From a virus (Duplodnaviria > Caudoviricetes): DNA of 63,998 bases. The stretch spans positions 1 to 63,998 of the IMG/VR virus record IMGVR_UViG_3300033134_000083. One strand, 5' to 3'. Numbering within the stretch: position 1 is the stretch's first letter; every line of letters starts with the position of its first letter. The notes under the pieces were generated by a model. The model was not told the DNA's origin. It did no database searches and was given only the letters and a program-made list of their open reading frames with translations. Both the position numbers and the translations under genes were made by a program. Below, piece by piece: positions 35,502-46,633 of this stretch.

Positions 35502-35935
35502 CACCTTCCCGTTGCTGGAAAGTGCATCTCCAGCGTGTCGTCCACTTTGTGGTGCCGCCCCTGAGGCTGCGGCAGCGGCTTCGTATCCATTGCCCGGTGC
35601 CATGTAGCTACCAGAGGCGGTTGCGCCGCCTGCGTAGCCCTGGAGCTCGTACGGGTGACTATCCAAGCGACGCTGCGAACCACGACAGCAGTGATAGCTC
35701 CGAGGGTGGCGAGCACCCAAGCAGCGAACATGACCGTACGCCGGTCCATGAACACCCGCCGGAATATCAGCGCTGCGTCCCTGAGCATGATGAACGGCAA
35801 CGCTAGCCCCACGGTGGCGAACACCAGCGGCCACGGCATCCAAACCACCGTCTGCCTGCGGTAACGCCGCTTCGGTTGACGTGCGTACGAACCTCTCAGC
35901 AGCTCACTGCGCTGAGAGGTTGTGTTCCTTTCCAT
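35498..35935 (-). CDS. membrane protein (antisense insert)
   Basis: Two hydrophobic helices; lies downstream of promoter motif copy 4. Confidence 0.6.
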   Translation of the reverse strand: MERNTTSQRSELLRGSYARQPKRRYRRQTVVWMPWPLVFATVGLALPFIMLRDAALIFRRVFMDRRTVMFAAWVLATLGAITAVVVRSVAWIVTRTSSRATQAAQPPLVATWHRAMDTKPLPQPQGRHHKVDDTLEMHFPATGRW

Positions 35936-35960
35936 GATTCCCTCATTTCGTCTCGTACGT

Positions 35961-35990
35961 GTAAACACCTAGCGTACTCTGATTATTTCC
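35961..35990 (-). promoter_or_regulatory. GGAAATAA-N16-GTTTAC promoter-like motif, copy 4
   Basis: Exact motif and spacing. Confidence 0.7.
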
Positions 35991-36012
35991 CGTTTAGGGG
36001 GTGGTGACTGAG

Positions 36013-38659
36013 GTGCCGAGTCTGGAAGATGTGACTCAGCGCTTCTTAGGAAGCGTTCATCGCTGATGTTGCCGAGTATGTAGGCCCCCTGCGCGACGCT
36101 ATCGTCGCGGCGAAGGAGTTCGCTGACGCTAACCACCAAGACGATGATGCGCTGGAGGAGCTAAGAAGCGAACTAGACCGCACCCGTGAGTCCCTGGTTG
36201 ACGTACGCACTGCGCTAGATGAGACGCGGGACTCAATCAGCCACTTGGATAAGTCGGTTGAAACCCTGGCGCTAGCTATGGCGCATACTAGGGATGACAC
36301 CGAAGAAACCGCTGAAGCCATGGACCAGCTACGGGACCATGGCGAGGAAGCAGCCGAGTCACTCAAGCAAGTCCGTGACGCATCCATCGAAGACGACGTT
36401 GCGCTTGACGGGGTACGGGACCGAGCCGAAGAATCAGCCAGTGCTCTAAGCCGACTACGCGACAAAGCCATCGAAGCTGCTGGTGCGCTCACCGGGTTGG
36501 GAGCTGCTGCCGATGCCGCTAAGGGTGCGGATGCTGCAGGTGGCGGCGGTATGGGCGGCATGGTCTACCTCATCGGCGCTCTTGTCATTGCTATCGCTGG
36601 TGTGCTCCCCGCAGTAGCCGCTATGGGAGCATCCATTGGCGCTTTCGCTGGATTTGCTATCCCCACCTTTGAGAAAGTCTGGAAAGCAGCCTCTTCCGGC
36701 AAAGCAGCTATCGACGCGCTACCCGCACCGCTAAGGACAGCCGCCGAGGAACTAAAAGGTCTCGAAAACGAGTACCTCAGGTTTGCTAAAGCGTTCCAAA
36801 CTCCGGTAGCGCAAATCATGTCCCAAGCGCTGGGAATTGCTTCCGACATTTTGCCCAAGTTCATACCATTGGCAATGGCGGGCGCTAAAGCGGTCAGCGC
36901 ATTGCTAACTGTACTTGACCAGGGCCTGCGTTCCACCGGTTTCACTGATTTCCTGGCCCTTATGACTAAGATGGCCGTGCCCGCTACGATAGCGATTACG
37001 CACTTGCTTGGCGCCCTTATGGGATTCCTGGGAACGGTCATTCGGGAAGTAGCACCAGCGTCCATTCCGTTCACCAACTTCTTGACCACTATCGTCAAGG
37101 ACCTGACTGGGCCGCTGGCTGCTGCGCTAAAGCTAGGCGTGGAACTGCTCACCGGCTTGGGTAAAGCACTCGAACCGCTGCTGCCGATGCTGATGACGTT
37201 TGCGTCGGTACTGCTGAATGACGTGGGCAGCAGCTTCATGGAATTGGTGCCGCTGTTCAAAACGCTAGCCACTGATTTGGTACCAGCGTTGCACGCAGCG
37301 ATTAAAGGCATCGAGCCAGTTTTCGCTAACTTGCTGACACCCAACAGCCCACTCCTTTCGGCGTTCGCTGCGCTACTCAAAGTGCTGCCCGATGTGGTTA
37401 AAGCCTTTACCCAGTTGATGAACTTTATTGACACCCACCCATTTATGACCAGAATAGCAGTCGACATTCTATCCACTGTTGGCGCTATTTTTGCGTTCCA
37501 GAAAGTTATCGGGCTTGTCGCCGTTGCTCTAAAGCTCCTGCTAGCTCCCGTCATGGCCATTGTGGACGCCATGAAAGCACTGAACTTGGCGTTTGGTTTG
37601 TCCGACCCCGTACTAGCCCTCATCGTTATCGCCATCGCTGCGCTAGCTGTTGGGCTGTACGAACTGTACGAACACTCCAAACTAGTACGCGACATTGTTC
37701 ACGACGTAGCCCAAGCGTTGAAAACCGCTTGGGACACAGCTCTGCACGCAGCAGGCGACGTAGTGAGGTGGTTCATTTCCGGACCCCTGGCTGCCATTAA
37801 AAGTGCTATAGCTGATTTGGCTGCTTGGTGGAAAACTCACGGCCAAGCCATGGAAGAAGTGGCTAAAGTTATCTGGACAGCCATTTCCACTGACATTAAG
37901 GTAGCGTGGGACCTCATTGTTGCAGTCCTGAAGGTAGGGATGGCGGTTCTGCAAGCTGTCTGGGGTGTAGCGTGGGCCATCATAAAAGGCGTCGTTGAAA
38001 CCGTCTGGAACGTTATTAAGACTATTGTGGATGATACTTTCCACGAAATACTAGACATTGTTGGAATCATCCTAGACTTGCTGACTGGGCACTGGCACCA
38101 AGCCTGGGAAGACATGAAAGCTCTTGTCAGCACAGTCCTCAATGAAACTGTTGATGTTATTGGGGAAATTCTGCGTGGCTTGGTTAGTACCATGTACAAC
38201 GCAGGAGTGGCAGCTATCATGGGGTTGGTGCACGGTATCGAGTCCGTAGCTGGCGACGTAAAGTCAGCTATCGGCGGCATCGCTCACGATATTGCCGGAG
38301 CTATCGGGCTTTCCCCAGCCGAGTATGGGCCGCTGTCCGGTTCCGGTGCACCGGAAATCCGTGGTCGCCACTTCTCCGAAGCACTTGCCCAGGGCATCAT
38401 CTCAGGACGAGCAGCAGTGCAAGGAGCTATCCGCTCTCTATCCGGCACTATGGCCTACGGTGGCGTAGGCGGCTCCATGACGGGAGCTACAAGTGCTGGG
38501 GTACACGTCACTGTCCCGGTCACCATGGCCCCAGGAATGGGGGCTCTCACGTCACCCCAGTTCCTCCAAGGCATCCAGCCAGTTGTCCAGGAAGCCATCC
38601 TGAGGTATGTGCAACTCAACCAGAGCAGCGGCATAGCCGCTTACAACCGACGTTCCTAG
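36013..38659 (+). CDS. tape measure protein, with a frame discontinuity at 36046-36058
   Basis: Long Ala/Leu-rich helical protein with W-periodic repeats and SPAEYGPLSG; main frame is open from 36050 but has no canonical start until 36245. Confidence 0.85.
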
Positions 38660-38668
38660 CGGAGGTAC

Positions 38669-40618
38669 TTGGCCACTATCCCTCCCAACACCCGCGCTGT
38701 TGGCACTGTCAATCCCGCTGGCGACATGGACAACGTGGCCGACGTGCTATCAGTGCTGACTGGCACTACGCCCGGCGGTAGTGTTTCCACTGGCGTTGCC
38801 AGCATCTTCGCGGCCGGTTTGTACGACCCTCGTGCCTACGGAGCCGTAGGCAACGGCGTCACTCCCGACGACGCAGCTATCCTAGCTGCTATTACTGCTA
38901 TGCCACAGCCTGGCGGGTTCCTTAACTTGGGTGGTGCTCCCACTGCTTACACCATCACCCAGCCGATCGTCATCCCGTCCGGCTGTTCCGTCATCGGTTC
39001 CGCTGCCGCACCACCCGGTAAATACCGGGACGCTCCCATACCAACTCAACCTAACGTGGTAGTCAGTAGTGGCAGCGCTATTCCCTCTGTTATAGCTTCT
39101 CCCGCGTTTCTAGCTCCTGCCAACGCGTCGTATACAGCTACTGGGAACCCCAGCGTGTTTACCGTCAGTGGGGCGACTGTATGGGACGGTGCTCAAGTTA
39201 TCCTAGCGACCGGTACCCCACCCACGGGGCTTTCCAACAACACCATCTACTATGCAGTAAACGCCAGCGGCAGTACTACGTTCTCGCTAGCTACTAGCGT
39301 TGGCGGGTCAGCGCTTGGGTCAGGAAGTACGACAGGAACCATCTCCGGTGTTCCTACTCCCGACAGCGCTATCCTTATCAGTGGGCTAGTTGTAGACGGT
39401 AGCGGAATATCAGGAACCGGTAACGGCATTTCTCTGCTCGCTGGGGCTAGCTCCATTTGGGCTTGCGGAACACAAAACACCTCCGGTTACGGCATCCTAT
39501 GCACCAACACTACGTCGGCGGGTACAGCCACGCTCACCACAGCCGTCCAAGACGAAGACGGCGTTTACTTCTGCCGCGTTTACAAACCAGGTTCGCACGG
39601 GATTTTCATTCAGTACACCACCCCCGGCGGAACCATCACTGATGGTTACGTCATGTACAACATCGTTGACCAGGACTTCGACGGCACTGGGATTGCTATC
39701 TACTGCCAGAACATGGCGGACTGGCAAGTAATCGGAAACCACGTCTACGCCTGCCCAGTCGGCGCTTACCAGTTGTATAGCTGCAACGAAGCCACCATCG
39801 CCGACAATAGGGCGGACAACTGGGGTCAAAACTCGGTGTCAGCTACAACGTACGTCGGTTTCAACATTGAAGTTACTCCATTCGGGCGTACTACAATCCG
39901 GGGAAACCGCTGCTACACCAAAGAATCAGCTGGTGGCGGCGCCGGGAACTTCATCTACTACCAAATCGGCCCCGGTGGCACTAACCAAGCCAACGAAGTT
40001 GAGTTCCTCGACAATAGCTGCCGCCAAGTACTAGCTGGCACATCGGGTACATCCACCGGGTACTCGTTCAGTGCTACCGGCAGCGGGTCGCTAACCGTCA
40101 TCGGTGTCAACAGTCCCCTCACCGCCGAAGTTGGCACATCCGGCACCCTCATCTCCGCTATACCCACCGTTAGCGGTACAGTTACTTTCCCCGGTTACGA
40201 CGGTTCAGTGTTCCAATCCACACCGGCTAACCCGGCATCGACGACTTCCACAGCGCCCGTTATGGCCGGTCTAGCTGTGGAGCTACAACCCCAGGTAACC
40301 GGCAAGTACTGGGTTAGCGCCAGCGGCATGGCGGGTACGTCCACCACTACCGCCATCGTTACCATCACGGGCCGCTACGGCACTCCGTTCAGCAGCGCTC
40401 CCGCTCAGGGCGCTGCTTCAACTGGTACAACATTCGGCGTTCAGCAAACGCCTAAAGCAGCAGCGGCAGGCGGATTCGCAGCGTTCAACATTATGGGCAC
40501 CATTACGGGGTTGACTCCCGGCACCACATACTGGGCCGACTTTGCTTACCAGACCGCTAACGCTTCCGACCCGGCATTCATCGAAAACATTCAGTTCCTG
40601 TTCCAGGAATGCTCGTGA
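38669..40618 (+). CDS. beta-helix (pectate lyase-like) tailspike / receptor-binding protein
   Basis: DPRAYGAVGNGVTPDDAAI motif followed by parallel beta-helix repeats. Confidence 0.75.
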   Translation: MATIPPNTRAVGTVNPAGDMDNVADVLSVLTGTTPGGSVSTGVASIFAAGLYDPRAYGAVGNGVTPDDAAILAAITAMPQPGGFLNLGGAPTAYTITQPIVIPSGCSVIGSAAAPPGKYRDAPIPTQPNVVVSSGSAIPSVIASPAFLAPANASYTATGNPSVFTVSGATVWDGAQVILATGTPPTGLSNNTIYYAVNASGSTTFSLATSVGGSALGSGSTTGTISGVPTPDSAILISGLVVDGSGISGTGNGISLLAGASSIWACGTQNTSGYGILCTNTTSAGTATLTTAVQDEDGVYFCRVYKPGSHGIFIQYTTPGGTITDGYVMYNIVDQDFDGTGIAIYCQNMADWQVIGNHVYACPVGAYQLYSCNEATIADNRADNWGQNSVSATTYVGFNIEVTPFGRTTIRGNRCYTKESAGGGAGNFIYYQIGPGGTNQANEVEFLDNSCRQVLAGTSGTSTGYSFSATGSGSLTVIGVNSPLTAEVGTSGTLISAIPTVSGTVTFPGYDGSVFQSTPANPASTTSTAPVMAGLAVELQPQVTGKYWVSASGMAGTSTTTAIVTITGRYGTPFSSAPAQGAASTGTTFGVQQTPKAAAAGGFAAFNIMGTITGLTPGTTYWADFAYQTANASDPAFIENIQFLFQECS

Positions 40619-43600
40619 CTGTTTCGGTAACCGTAGCCGGTAGTGCCTCATATTCAGTGCCAGCCTCGGCTGGTGTTGTTCCACTGCCACCAGCTTGGCC
40701 GTTGCAAGTTTCCGTTGCTAACACTGCAGGCGACTGGATGATAGCGTGCATCACGTGGCGGCAAGTGAACGAACTATGGTCCTTCAACGTTTCCTTTGTG
40801 CCATCAGCCAATAACTTCTTTATTGTTACAGCCGCCCAGTCGGAGTCAATTGAAGTATCGCAAACTTTCACTGACACCCTTAATGCTGGTGTTACGTTCA
40901 CCGTCACTAATATTATCGGTGAAGGGGCGGATGCTTACGTTTACTTCACTCCTGACGCGACCACCGTCATGGCATACCCCGACGTAGTGTTCCAAACAGG
41001 CGTGACTATGTCCGTTGCCGACGACGTGCATAACTGGTGGTATCCCGTGGGTATACCCATGGGCACGTCCAGCAGTGCTGGCGTCACCCGATGCTCTATC
41101 TGGGCAGCGCCAGCAGCTAGAGCCGCTAACTATGTTAGCGTCGCTCCGACTGAAGGATACCTGGGCGTATCATGCCTAGTTTTCGACGTTGCTGGGCTCT
41201 CGCCCTGGTCAACGGTAGTTGATACTTCCACCACGTACCTTAACGACAACAGCGCTATAGGTCTGACTGCCAGCGCCGAAGGCCAGGAATGTATTGCACT
41301 AGCCGTAGCCGGTTCCGACAACGTAACGGCTGGCATTGCTCCCGAAGCAGGCGATGGCTGGGGAACCCAATACACAGTCAACTCAACTAACGGAGTCAAC
41401 ACCGAAGACGACATTGAATGCGACGCTACCTGGCAAATAAGCAGTGGCACTACTGAAATAGTTTGGACAGCAGATTTTAACGTCGACTTCTGCGCTATCA
41501 TCGCTACTATTACGGTAAGTGGCACGCCGCTCATCGCTGGGGTCTACGGTCCGGTTTACACCACGTACTATCCAGGTGGCGGCCAGTCTGCTAACTGGCC
41601 CTACACCATCGCTGAGATAGGGCTCGGGGCTGGGGCTGGCACCCCAGCCGACCAAATCAACTGGGTGTCGCTCAGTCAGCCTAGCTCTACCCGTAGCCGC
41701 ATGCTGGCCAGTCAGCTCACCCAAGGCCGCCAGTACACGCTAGACCAACTGCAAACCGGCCAAGGCACCATGGTGCTAGACGACCCAGACCAAGTGCTTA
41801 TCCCACCCGGCTCTGGTGCGTTCGCTAACGGCATTGACTCCGGTACACCGTTCCGTATCCGGCAAGCATGGACGGGTGGAAACTGGCAGGTACAGTTCTC
41901 CGGCAACGGGTCAACGTCCTCTCCCCAAATTGACACTGAAAGCATTTTCACTGTTTCGCCGGGGAGCACGTACTCGGCATCGGCGTGGCTAGGAACCTCG
42001 GTTGAATGGGCGGATGGGCTAACGGTTTCCATTCACTGGCATACGTCCGGGGGTAGTCTCATCTCCGTTACGTCGTCGTCCTCGGTTACGGGTCCCTCAG
42101 CTGAGCTAGCAGTAGCTAACGGCATCGCACCGGCCACTGCTGCTACAGCTAACGTTATTATCGCTGCTACCGGTACCCCTCCCGCATCCACTGTCTTCTA
42201 CGCCGCAGCAGCAGAACCAAGCACTGGGTGGCTTGTTATCCCGTCAACGATTACTTGGACTGCCGAGAACGGCGCTACATCAACTAGCCTAGGCACATGG
42301 TCGAGAGACCGTAACGGCCCGCCGAACATCACTCCGTGGTACATCAGTCAAGCTGGTTACTTTCAACGCTGGCCACCAAGCTGGTCAGCGGACACATATC
42401 GTGGCCAAGTCCAAGCCACTATTGCGGACTCGTGGGCGTACACGAACCGTCAGCTGAAAAGCTGCCTACGGCAGGAAGTGCTTGCCGATGGTCCATACGC
42501 GTACTGGCCGCTGAGCGACTCGGCCGGAGTACTGGCTGCCAGCAACATTGCTCCGGGGAACACGAACACGCTTAACGTAGTGCAATCCCGTGAAGGCGGT
42601 ACGTCGACTAACCAAGCGTTTGGGGCTAACTCGGCGGGGCTACCCGGTGACCAGGTAACGACCATCACTACGTCAAGCCGGTCGTCTTCTAGCCCCGGTA
42701 TGTGGCAGCAAGCGGGCAGCACTGGCAGTACCGGCTACACGCTGCAATGCCAAGACAGCCGTTACCCGCCGATTTCCAACGGTCTAACTGTAAGTATGTG
42801 GTTCCAGTCCACGTCGGCGGCACCACTTGATGCTGACGCTGCGCTCATTGACCTAAGCGGTACTCAGGAAATTCTTGGTTTGTCCCTCCTCAGCAGCACC
42901 GGTGACCTGACTTTTAGTTACTACACTGCTGCTGGTGTGCACGAAGTTGTTGGCAGCCTAACGGGTAACGTGTCCACCGTGGCTGCCATGCAACTAGTAA
43001 CCGCTACGTTTAACCAGTCTTCATACAGCATTTTCTACAACGGTAGCCTCGCTACGTCGGGCGCTTTCGCCGCTGATATTGTCAGCCAGTTCTCCACTGT
43101 GTGTTTTAACGGCCGGGTGAACCGTGTAGAAACCGACGCTTTCTACAACGGCTACGTGGCCCATTGCAGCATTCACCCATACCAGGTGACACCCTCTCGG
43201 ATAGCAGCCTGGTATGCAGCCGGATACTACTGCTACGCTCCCATTCTAAATAGCGAACCTGAAGGTGAACTATCCACAGCGCGAGTCCAGCGCCTGCTGG
43301 GCTACTCCGGGATTAGCGGCCCCCGTAGCATTCAAACCGGCCCAAGCGTAGACGCTCCCTCGTCGGCTATTCAGCAACCGCAGATGGTTTCCATGCAAGA
43401 CATTGGCGGTCAGCCAGCAGCTACATCGCTCACCAATATCGCTGCGTCCACGGTGCCGTCACTGATGTACGTCGCTCCCACGGGTGACGTGGTGTATACC
43501 AGCAAAGAGCTGGTATACAACGATGCGGTTAAGTGGGTGCTTGGTGACGATATAGCAGCCGGTGAAATACCAATTCAAGGCAGCTACGCACCAGATTACG

Positions 43601-44121
43601 ACCCAGCCCGTACCGTCAACGACATTCAGCTTACTCAGCTAGACGACCAGTCCGTTACTGTACCCCAAGACTCGGTGCTGGAAATTAACAGCATCAACAG
43701 ATACGGTGACCAGTCCTACCAAGAAACCGGGTACGTTCAACCTGACTTGCTCACCCCTCCCCCGTATGGCGGCCCCAGCGAGCAAACCCTAGCCGACTGG
43801 ATAGCCGAAACTAACGCCTCCCCGAAGCTCAGGGTTGCCCAGGTGACCGTAGACGCCGCTAGCCACCCCGCAGCATGGCCGTTCGTGCTTCAAGCCGCTG
43901 TAGGCGATGTGGTGACCGTCAACGTGCGTCAGGTTACAGCGATGAGCCAGCTCGTCTCCATTACGGGACGCATCACGCAAACTCAGCGCACACTGTCGTT
44001 CGGCCCGCAAGTAGTGGGCTCAATCATGTGCATCCTGGACATCGCCCCAGATACAGCCGCCCTAACCTGCGACTCACCAACTCTAGGTCAGCTAAACGGC
44101 CAAAACGTGATGGTTTGGTGA
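40609..44121 (+). CDS. minor tail protein with LamG/concanavalin-like domain
   Basis: DGPYAYWPLSD, TVSMWF, QGRQYTLDQLQTG; position after the tape measure gene. Confidence 0.75.
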   Translation: MLVTVSVTVAGSASYSVPASAGVVPLPPAWPLQVSVANTAGDWMIACITWRQVNELWSFNVSFVPSANNFFIVTAAQSESIEVSQTFTDTLNAGVTFTVTNIIGEGADAYVYFTPDATTVMAYPDVVFQTGVTMSVADDVHNWWYPVGIPMGTSSSAGVTRCSIWAAPAARAANYVSVAPTEGYLGVSCLVFDVAGLSPWSTVVDTSTTYLNDNSAIGLTASAEGQECIALAVAGSDNVTAGIAPEAGDGWGTQYTVNSTNGVNTEDDIECDATWQISSGTTEIVWTADFNVDFCAIIATITVSGTPLIAGVYGPVYTTYYPGGGQSANWPYTIAEIGLGAGAGTPADQINWVSLSQPSSTRSRMLASQLTQGRQYTLDQLQTGQGTMVLDDPDQVLIPPGSGAFANGIDSGTPFRIRQAWTGGNWQVQFSGNGSTSSPQIDTESIFTVSPGSTYSASAWLGTSVEWADGLTVSIHWHTSGGSLISVTSSSSVTGPSAELAVANGIAPATAATANVIIAATGTPPASTVFYAAAAEPSTGWLVIPSTITWTAENGATSTSLGTWSRDRNGPPNITPWYISQAGYFQRWPPSWSADTYRGQVQATIADSWAYTNRQLKSCLRQEVLADGPYAYWPLSDSAGVLAASNIAPGNTNTLNVVQSREGGTSTNQAFGANSAGLPGDQVTTITTSSRSSSSPGMWQQAGSTGSTGYTLQCQDSRYPPISNGLTVSMWFQSTSAAPLDADAALIDLSGTQEILGLSLLSSTGDLTFSYYTAAGVHEVVGSLTGNVSTVAAMQLVTATFNQSSYSIFYNGSLATSGAFAADIVSQFSTVCFNGRVNRVETDAFYNGYVAHCSIHPYQVTPSRIAAWYAAGYYCYAPILNSEPEGELSTARVQRLLGYSGISGPRSIQTGPSVDAPSSAIQQPQMVSMQDIGGQPAATSLTNIAASTVPSLMYVAPTGDVVYTSKELVYNDAVKWVLGDDIAAGEIPIQGSYAPDYDPARTVNDIQLTQLDDQSVTVPQDSVLEINSINRYGDQSYQETGYVQPDLLTPPPYGGPSEQTLADWIAETNASPKLRVAQVTVDAASHPAAWPFVLQAAVGDVVTVNVRQVTAMSQLVSITGRITQTQRTLSFGPQVVGSIMCILDIAPDTAALTCDSPTLGQLNGQNVMVW

Positions 44122-44122
44122 C

Positions 44123-45235
44123 ATGAGCTTCCCGCCGATTCCCGTTCCGTCCACATGGAACGAAGGGGAAATAGTCCCCGCCGAAATACTGCGAGACGAC
44201 GTTTCCAGCACTGTTCAGTTCCTCGCCAACCGCCCCACGTTCGTTGGTAACGACCCCACCGGTCCCTCCGTTAGCGGCACCGAACCCATGCCCGTGGAAG
44301 AACTAAACGACACGTGGAACGGGCACGCTGACGGTACCGACCCCAGCCAGTACTTCTGCCAAGCCCCCGGCTGGTACCTATGTCAAGCCGACATCCCATT
44401 CGACTACACCACAGCCACCGAAGTTCAGTTCGCTGCCGGATTTGCCGGGCTAAGCAGCGGAGTTGCATTCGGCCCCAACTGGGGTCCCCTTACTGAAAAC
44501 GGTTCCGGTTGGGTGCCCGTAGCTCGCTCATGCGACCTCATCATCATGCACGGTCAAGGAGCTATCGGTGGTGCTGGCGACTACGTCGAGTTTTACCTAT
44601 TCGCTGGGACGGGGACCACGCTGGTTACCAGCACCACCCAGCTACCCACCGTTTCAGTTCGGTGGGTAGCTAAAGTCAGCGGCGTCACCGGACTCCCCGT
44701 GCCCACTAACCCGGCGTGGCCTGTACCACCCGATTACATCACGTCAGCGGATATGAACGCCAACGTGCGTGATACGGTACGGTTTCTAGCCTTCCCACCC
44801 ATCTGCAAGGCCGTGTACACGCCGGGGACAACAACATTGCCGTCGCAAACGTTCCCTGCTGGCACTGTCGTAGCCTTCGGAGTGGACGACGCCGTTGTTG
44901 ATAACTATGACGGTTTTACAGGGGGGACGGGGAGTAATTACACTGCGGCGGTAGCAGGGAACTACTTCTGCTATGGGCAGATAAACCTGAACAGCAGCGC
45001 TAACGACGCTATTTACTGCGCTGGTTTCAGCGTCAACAGTGGCACTACGCAATGGGGTGACTCCGTCAAAATGGTAGCCACCGCAGCCGGTGGTGCTTCC
45101 GTAACTAAACGGCTGCGTTTGGACGAAGGCGACGTACTCCAATTCGTCGCCTCGCAGGACAGCGGGGCCAGCATCGAATACAACACGACCGGAGCAAACC
45201 AAACTAGGTTCATTGTCGTGTGGGAGGGCGCTTGA
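44123..45235 (+). CDS. minor tail protein with internal duplication
   Basis: Two W...I.A..L/M...V...V.FLA..P modules. Confidence 0.65.
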   Translation: MSFPPIPVPSTWNEGEIVPAEILRDDVSSTVQFLANRPTFVGNDPTGPSVSGTEPMPVEELNDTWNGHADGTDPSQYFCQAPGWYLCQADIPFDYTTATEVQFAAGFAGLSSGVAFGPNWGPLTENGSGWVPVARSCDLIIMHGQGAIGGAGDYVEFYLFAGTGTTLVTSTTQLPTVSVRWVAKVSGVTGLPVPTNPAWPVPPDYITSADMNANVRDTVRFLAFPPICKAVYTPGTTTLPSQTFPAGTVVAFGVDDAVVDNYDGFTGGTGSNYTAAVAGNYFCYGQINLNSSANDAIYCAGFSVNSGTTQWGDSVKMVATAAGGASVTKRLRLDEGDVLQFVASQDSGASIEYNTTGANQTRFIVVWEGA

Positions 45236-45765
45236 GTGCCGGTCCCGACCCTGTAGTTCCGCGCTTTCCCGCTGGAAAAGCGCCGCTACCATCGGATTTC
45301 AACACTTGGATTCAAGCACCGTTCACCTTCTTGACCACTAAGGTAATGTTTCGGGCCCAATACGAGGGAACGCTGTCGTTGACAGGAGACGCTTTTACGA
45401 AAATACCGTACGACACCATCCTGGAAGACCCATACGACGGCTGGGACGCCACGAACCACACATGGATGGCACCTACGGGATGCACCGGCTGGTACGAAGT
45501 AACCATGACAGCGTTTGCCGACGAGTTCGGCACTGACCACGACACTATTCAAGCAGTGCTTTACCTCGACGGTGCCCTGTACGCTCAGCCGTCCGGAATT
45601 TGGGGTGCCGAAGGTCACTCAACGGGTTGCTGCGCTCAAGTAGATTTGCCGATGACTGGCGGCTTCGACTACATCTCTGGCTACATTTTCGTCAGCACCA
45701 CCGTGGACACTACCGGCGAAACGGGACAATACCCTACCATCGAGGTAGTGTGGATATCGCTATAA
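45232..45765 (+). CDS. minor tail protein
   Basis: Similar module to the upstream gene (DPYDGW...GWY); TTGA overlap. Confidence 0.6.
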   Translation: MSAGPDPVVPRFPAGKAPLPSDFNTWIQAPFTFLTTKVMFRAQYEGTLSLTGDAFTKIPYDTILEDPYDGWDATNHTWMAPTGCTGWYEVTMTAFADEFGTDHDTIQAVLYLDGALYAQPSGIWGAEGHSTGCCAQVDLPMTGGFDYISGYIFVSTTVDTTGETGQYPTIEVVWISL

Positions 45766-45795
45766 CTAACCGAGTCCAGGGAATCCCCTGGCTAG

Positions 45796-46233
45796 ATGGG
45801 GGAGGACGTGGACCCGGCATGGATTACTGCAGCGCTAGCGCTTCTCGCAGCAGTTTTCACGTGTTTCATTACGCTTGGCCGAGTAATCTGGCGAATATGC
45901 AAGGGGCTGCTCCAATTTCTGGGTGACCTGAACGGCACACCCGCTCGTCCTGGCGTGCCCGCAGTCCCCGGAGTTATGGAGCGTCTTAGCTCAGTAGAGC
46001 GCCAGCTAACAGCAGTAGCTGTTGAAACAAAACCCAACGGTGGCACGTCCATGCGTGACATTGTGCACCAAACTGCGGTCGATGTTGCTGAAATGAAAGC
46101 AGCCATGCATCGCATTAACGGAAAAGTTAACACGAATACTGAGTCGCTTAACCATTTGTCTAAACGAGTAGAGCAGTTTGAGGCAGAACGCCAAAAACGA
46201 GAAAGCAACGAAGAAACCGAGGTTACTAAGTGA
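45796..46233 (+). CDS. lysis-region membrane protein
   Basis: N-terminal TM helix, KPNGGTSMRD motif, coiled coil. Confidence 0.65.
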   Translation: MGEDVDPAWITAALALLAAVFTCFITLGRVIWRICKGLLQFLGDLNGTPARPGVPAVPGVMERLSSVERQLTAVAVETKPNGGTSMRDIVHQTAVDVAEMKAAMHRINGKVNTNTESLNHLSKRVEQFEAERQKRESNEETEVTK

Positions 46234-46469
46234 ATACCCGGGTTACAATCTTCATTCTCGTATGTGTTCTCGTAATGGGCGTAGCCGACCTAGCTGCTTC
46301 CTGGGTTATCACTAATGCCAGCCAGCATCGTTGGTGCTCCACCTTGATAACACTAGACAACGCTGACCAATCTGCAGAAAAAGCTCCAGCGTCAGAAAAG
46401 CCAAAGGGTGCGTACTCGTTTGCGCTTATTAGAGATTTCCACAACCTGAGAGACGAGTTTTGCGGCTAG
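46230..46469 (+). CDS. small membrane-anchored protein
   Basis: N-terminal TM helix, terminal Cys; GTGA overlap. Confidence 0.55.
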   Translation: MNTRVTIFILVCVLVMGVADLAASWVITNASQHRWCSTLITLDNADQSAEKAPASEKPKGAYSFALIRDFHNLRDEFCG

Positions 46470-46633
46470 TCCTTCGGTTTAATGATTGACCGTAACCCGA
46501 ATACGCCCCTGCGCTTAGCCCGGTCCTTCCTGGCCGAATGAAAAGTCTTCATGGGCTTACCGGTTCGGCGGTTGATACACCGCTCACCGGAGCGGCACCA
46601 GCACTGCCCACAGGGCACATCCCTAGTACTCAT
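46466..46633 (-). CDS. 55-aa C3H zinc-finger peptide (not in the ORF track)
   Basis: VPCGQCWCRSGERCINRRTGKPMKTFHSAR. Confidence 0.55.
   Translation of the reverse strand: MSTRDVPCGQCWCRSGERCINRRTGKPMKTFHSARKDRAKRRGVFGLRSIIKPKD

Noticed and set aside
36565-38280. Long antisense ORFs over the tape measure gene (similar ones overlie DUF932, the AAA ATPase and the protease)
   Set aside because: No recognisable motifs; long shadow ORFs are expected in GC-rich DNA, unlike the intein antisense ORFs, which carry coherent HTH and nuclease motifs in two paralogues.
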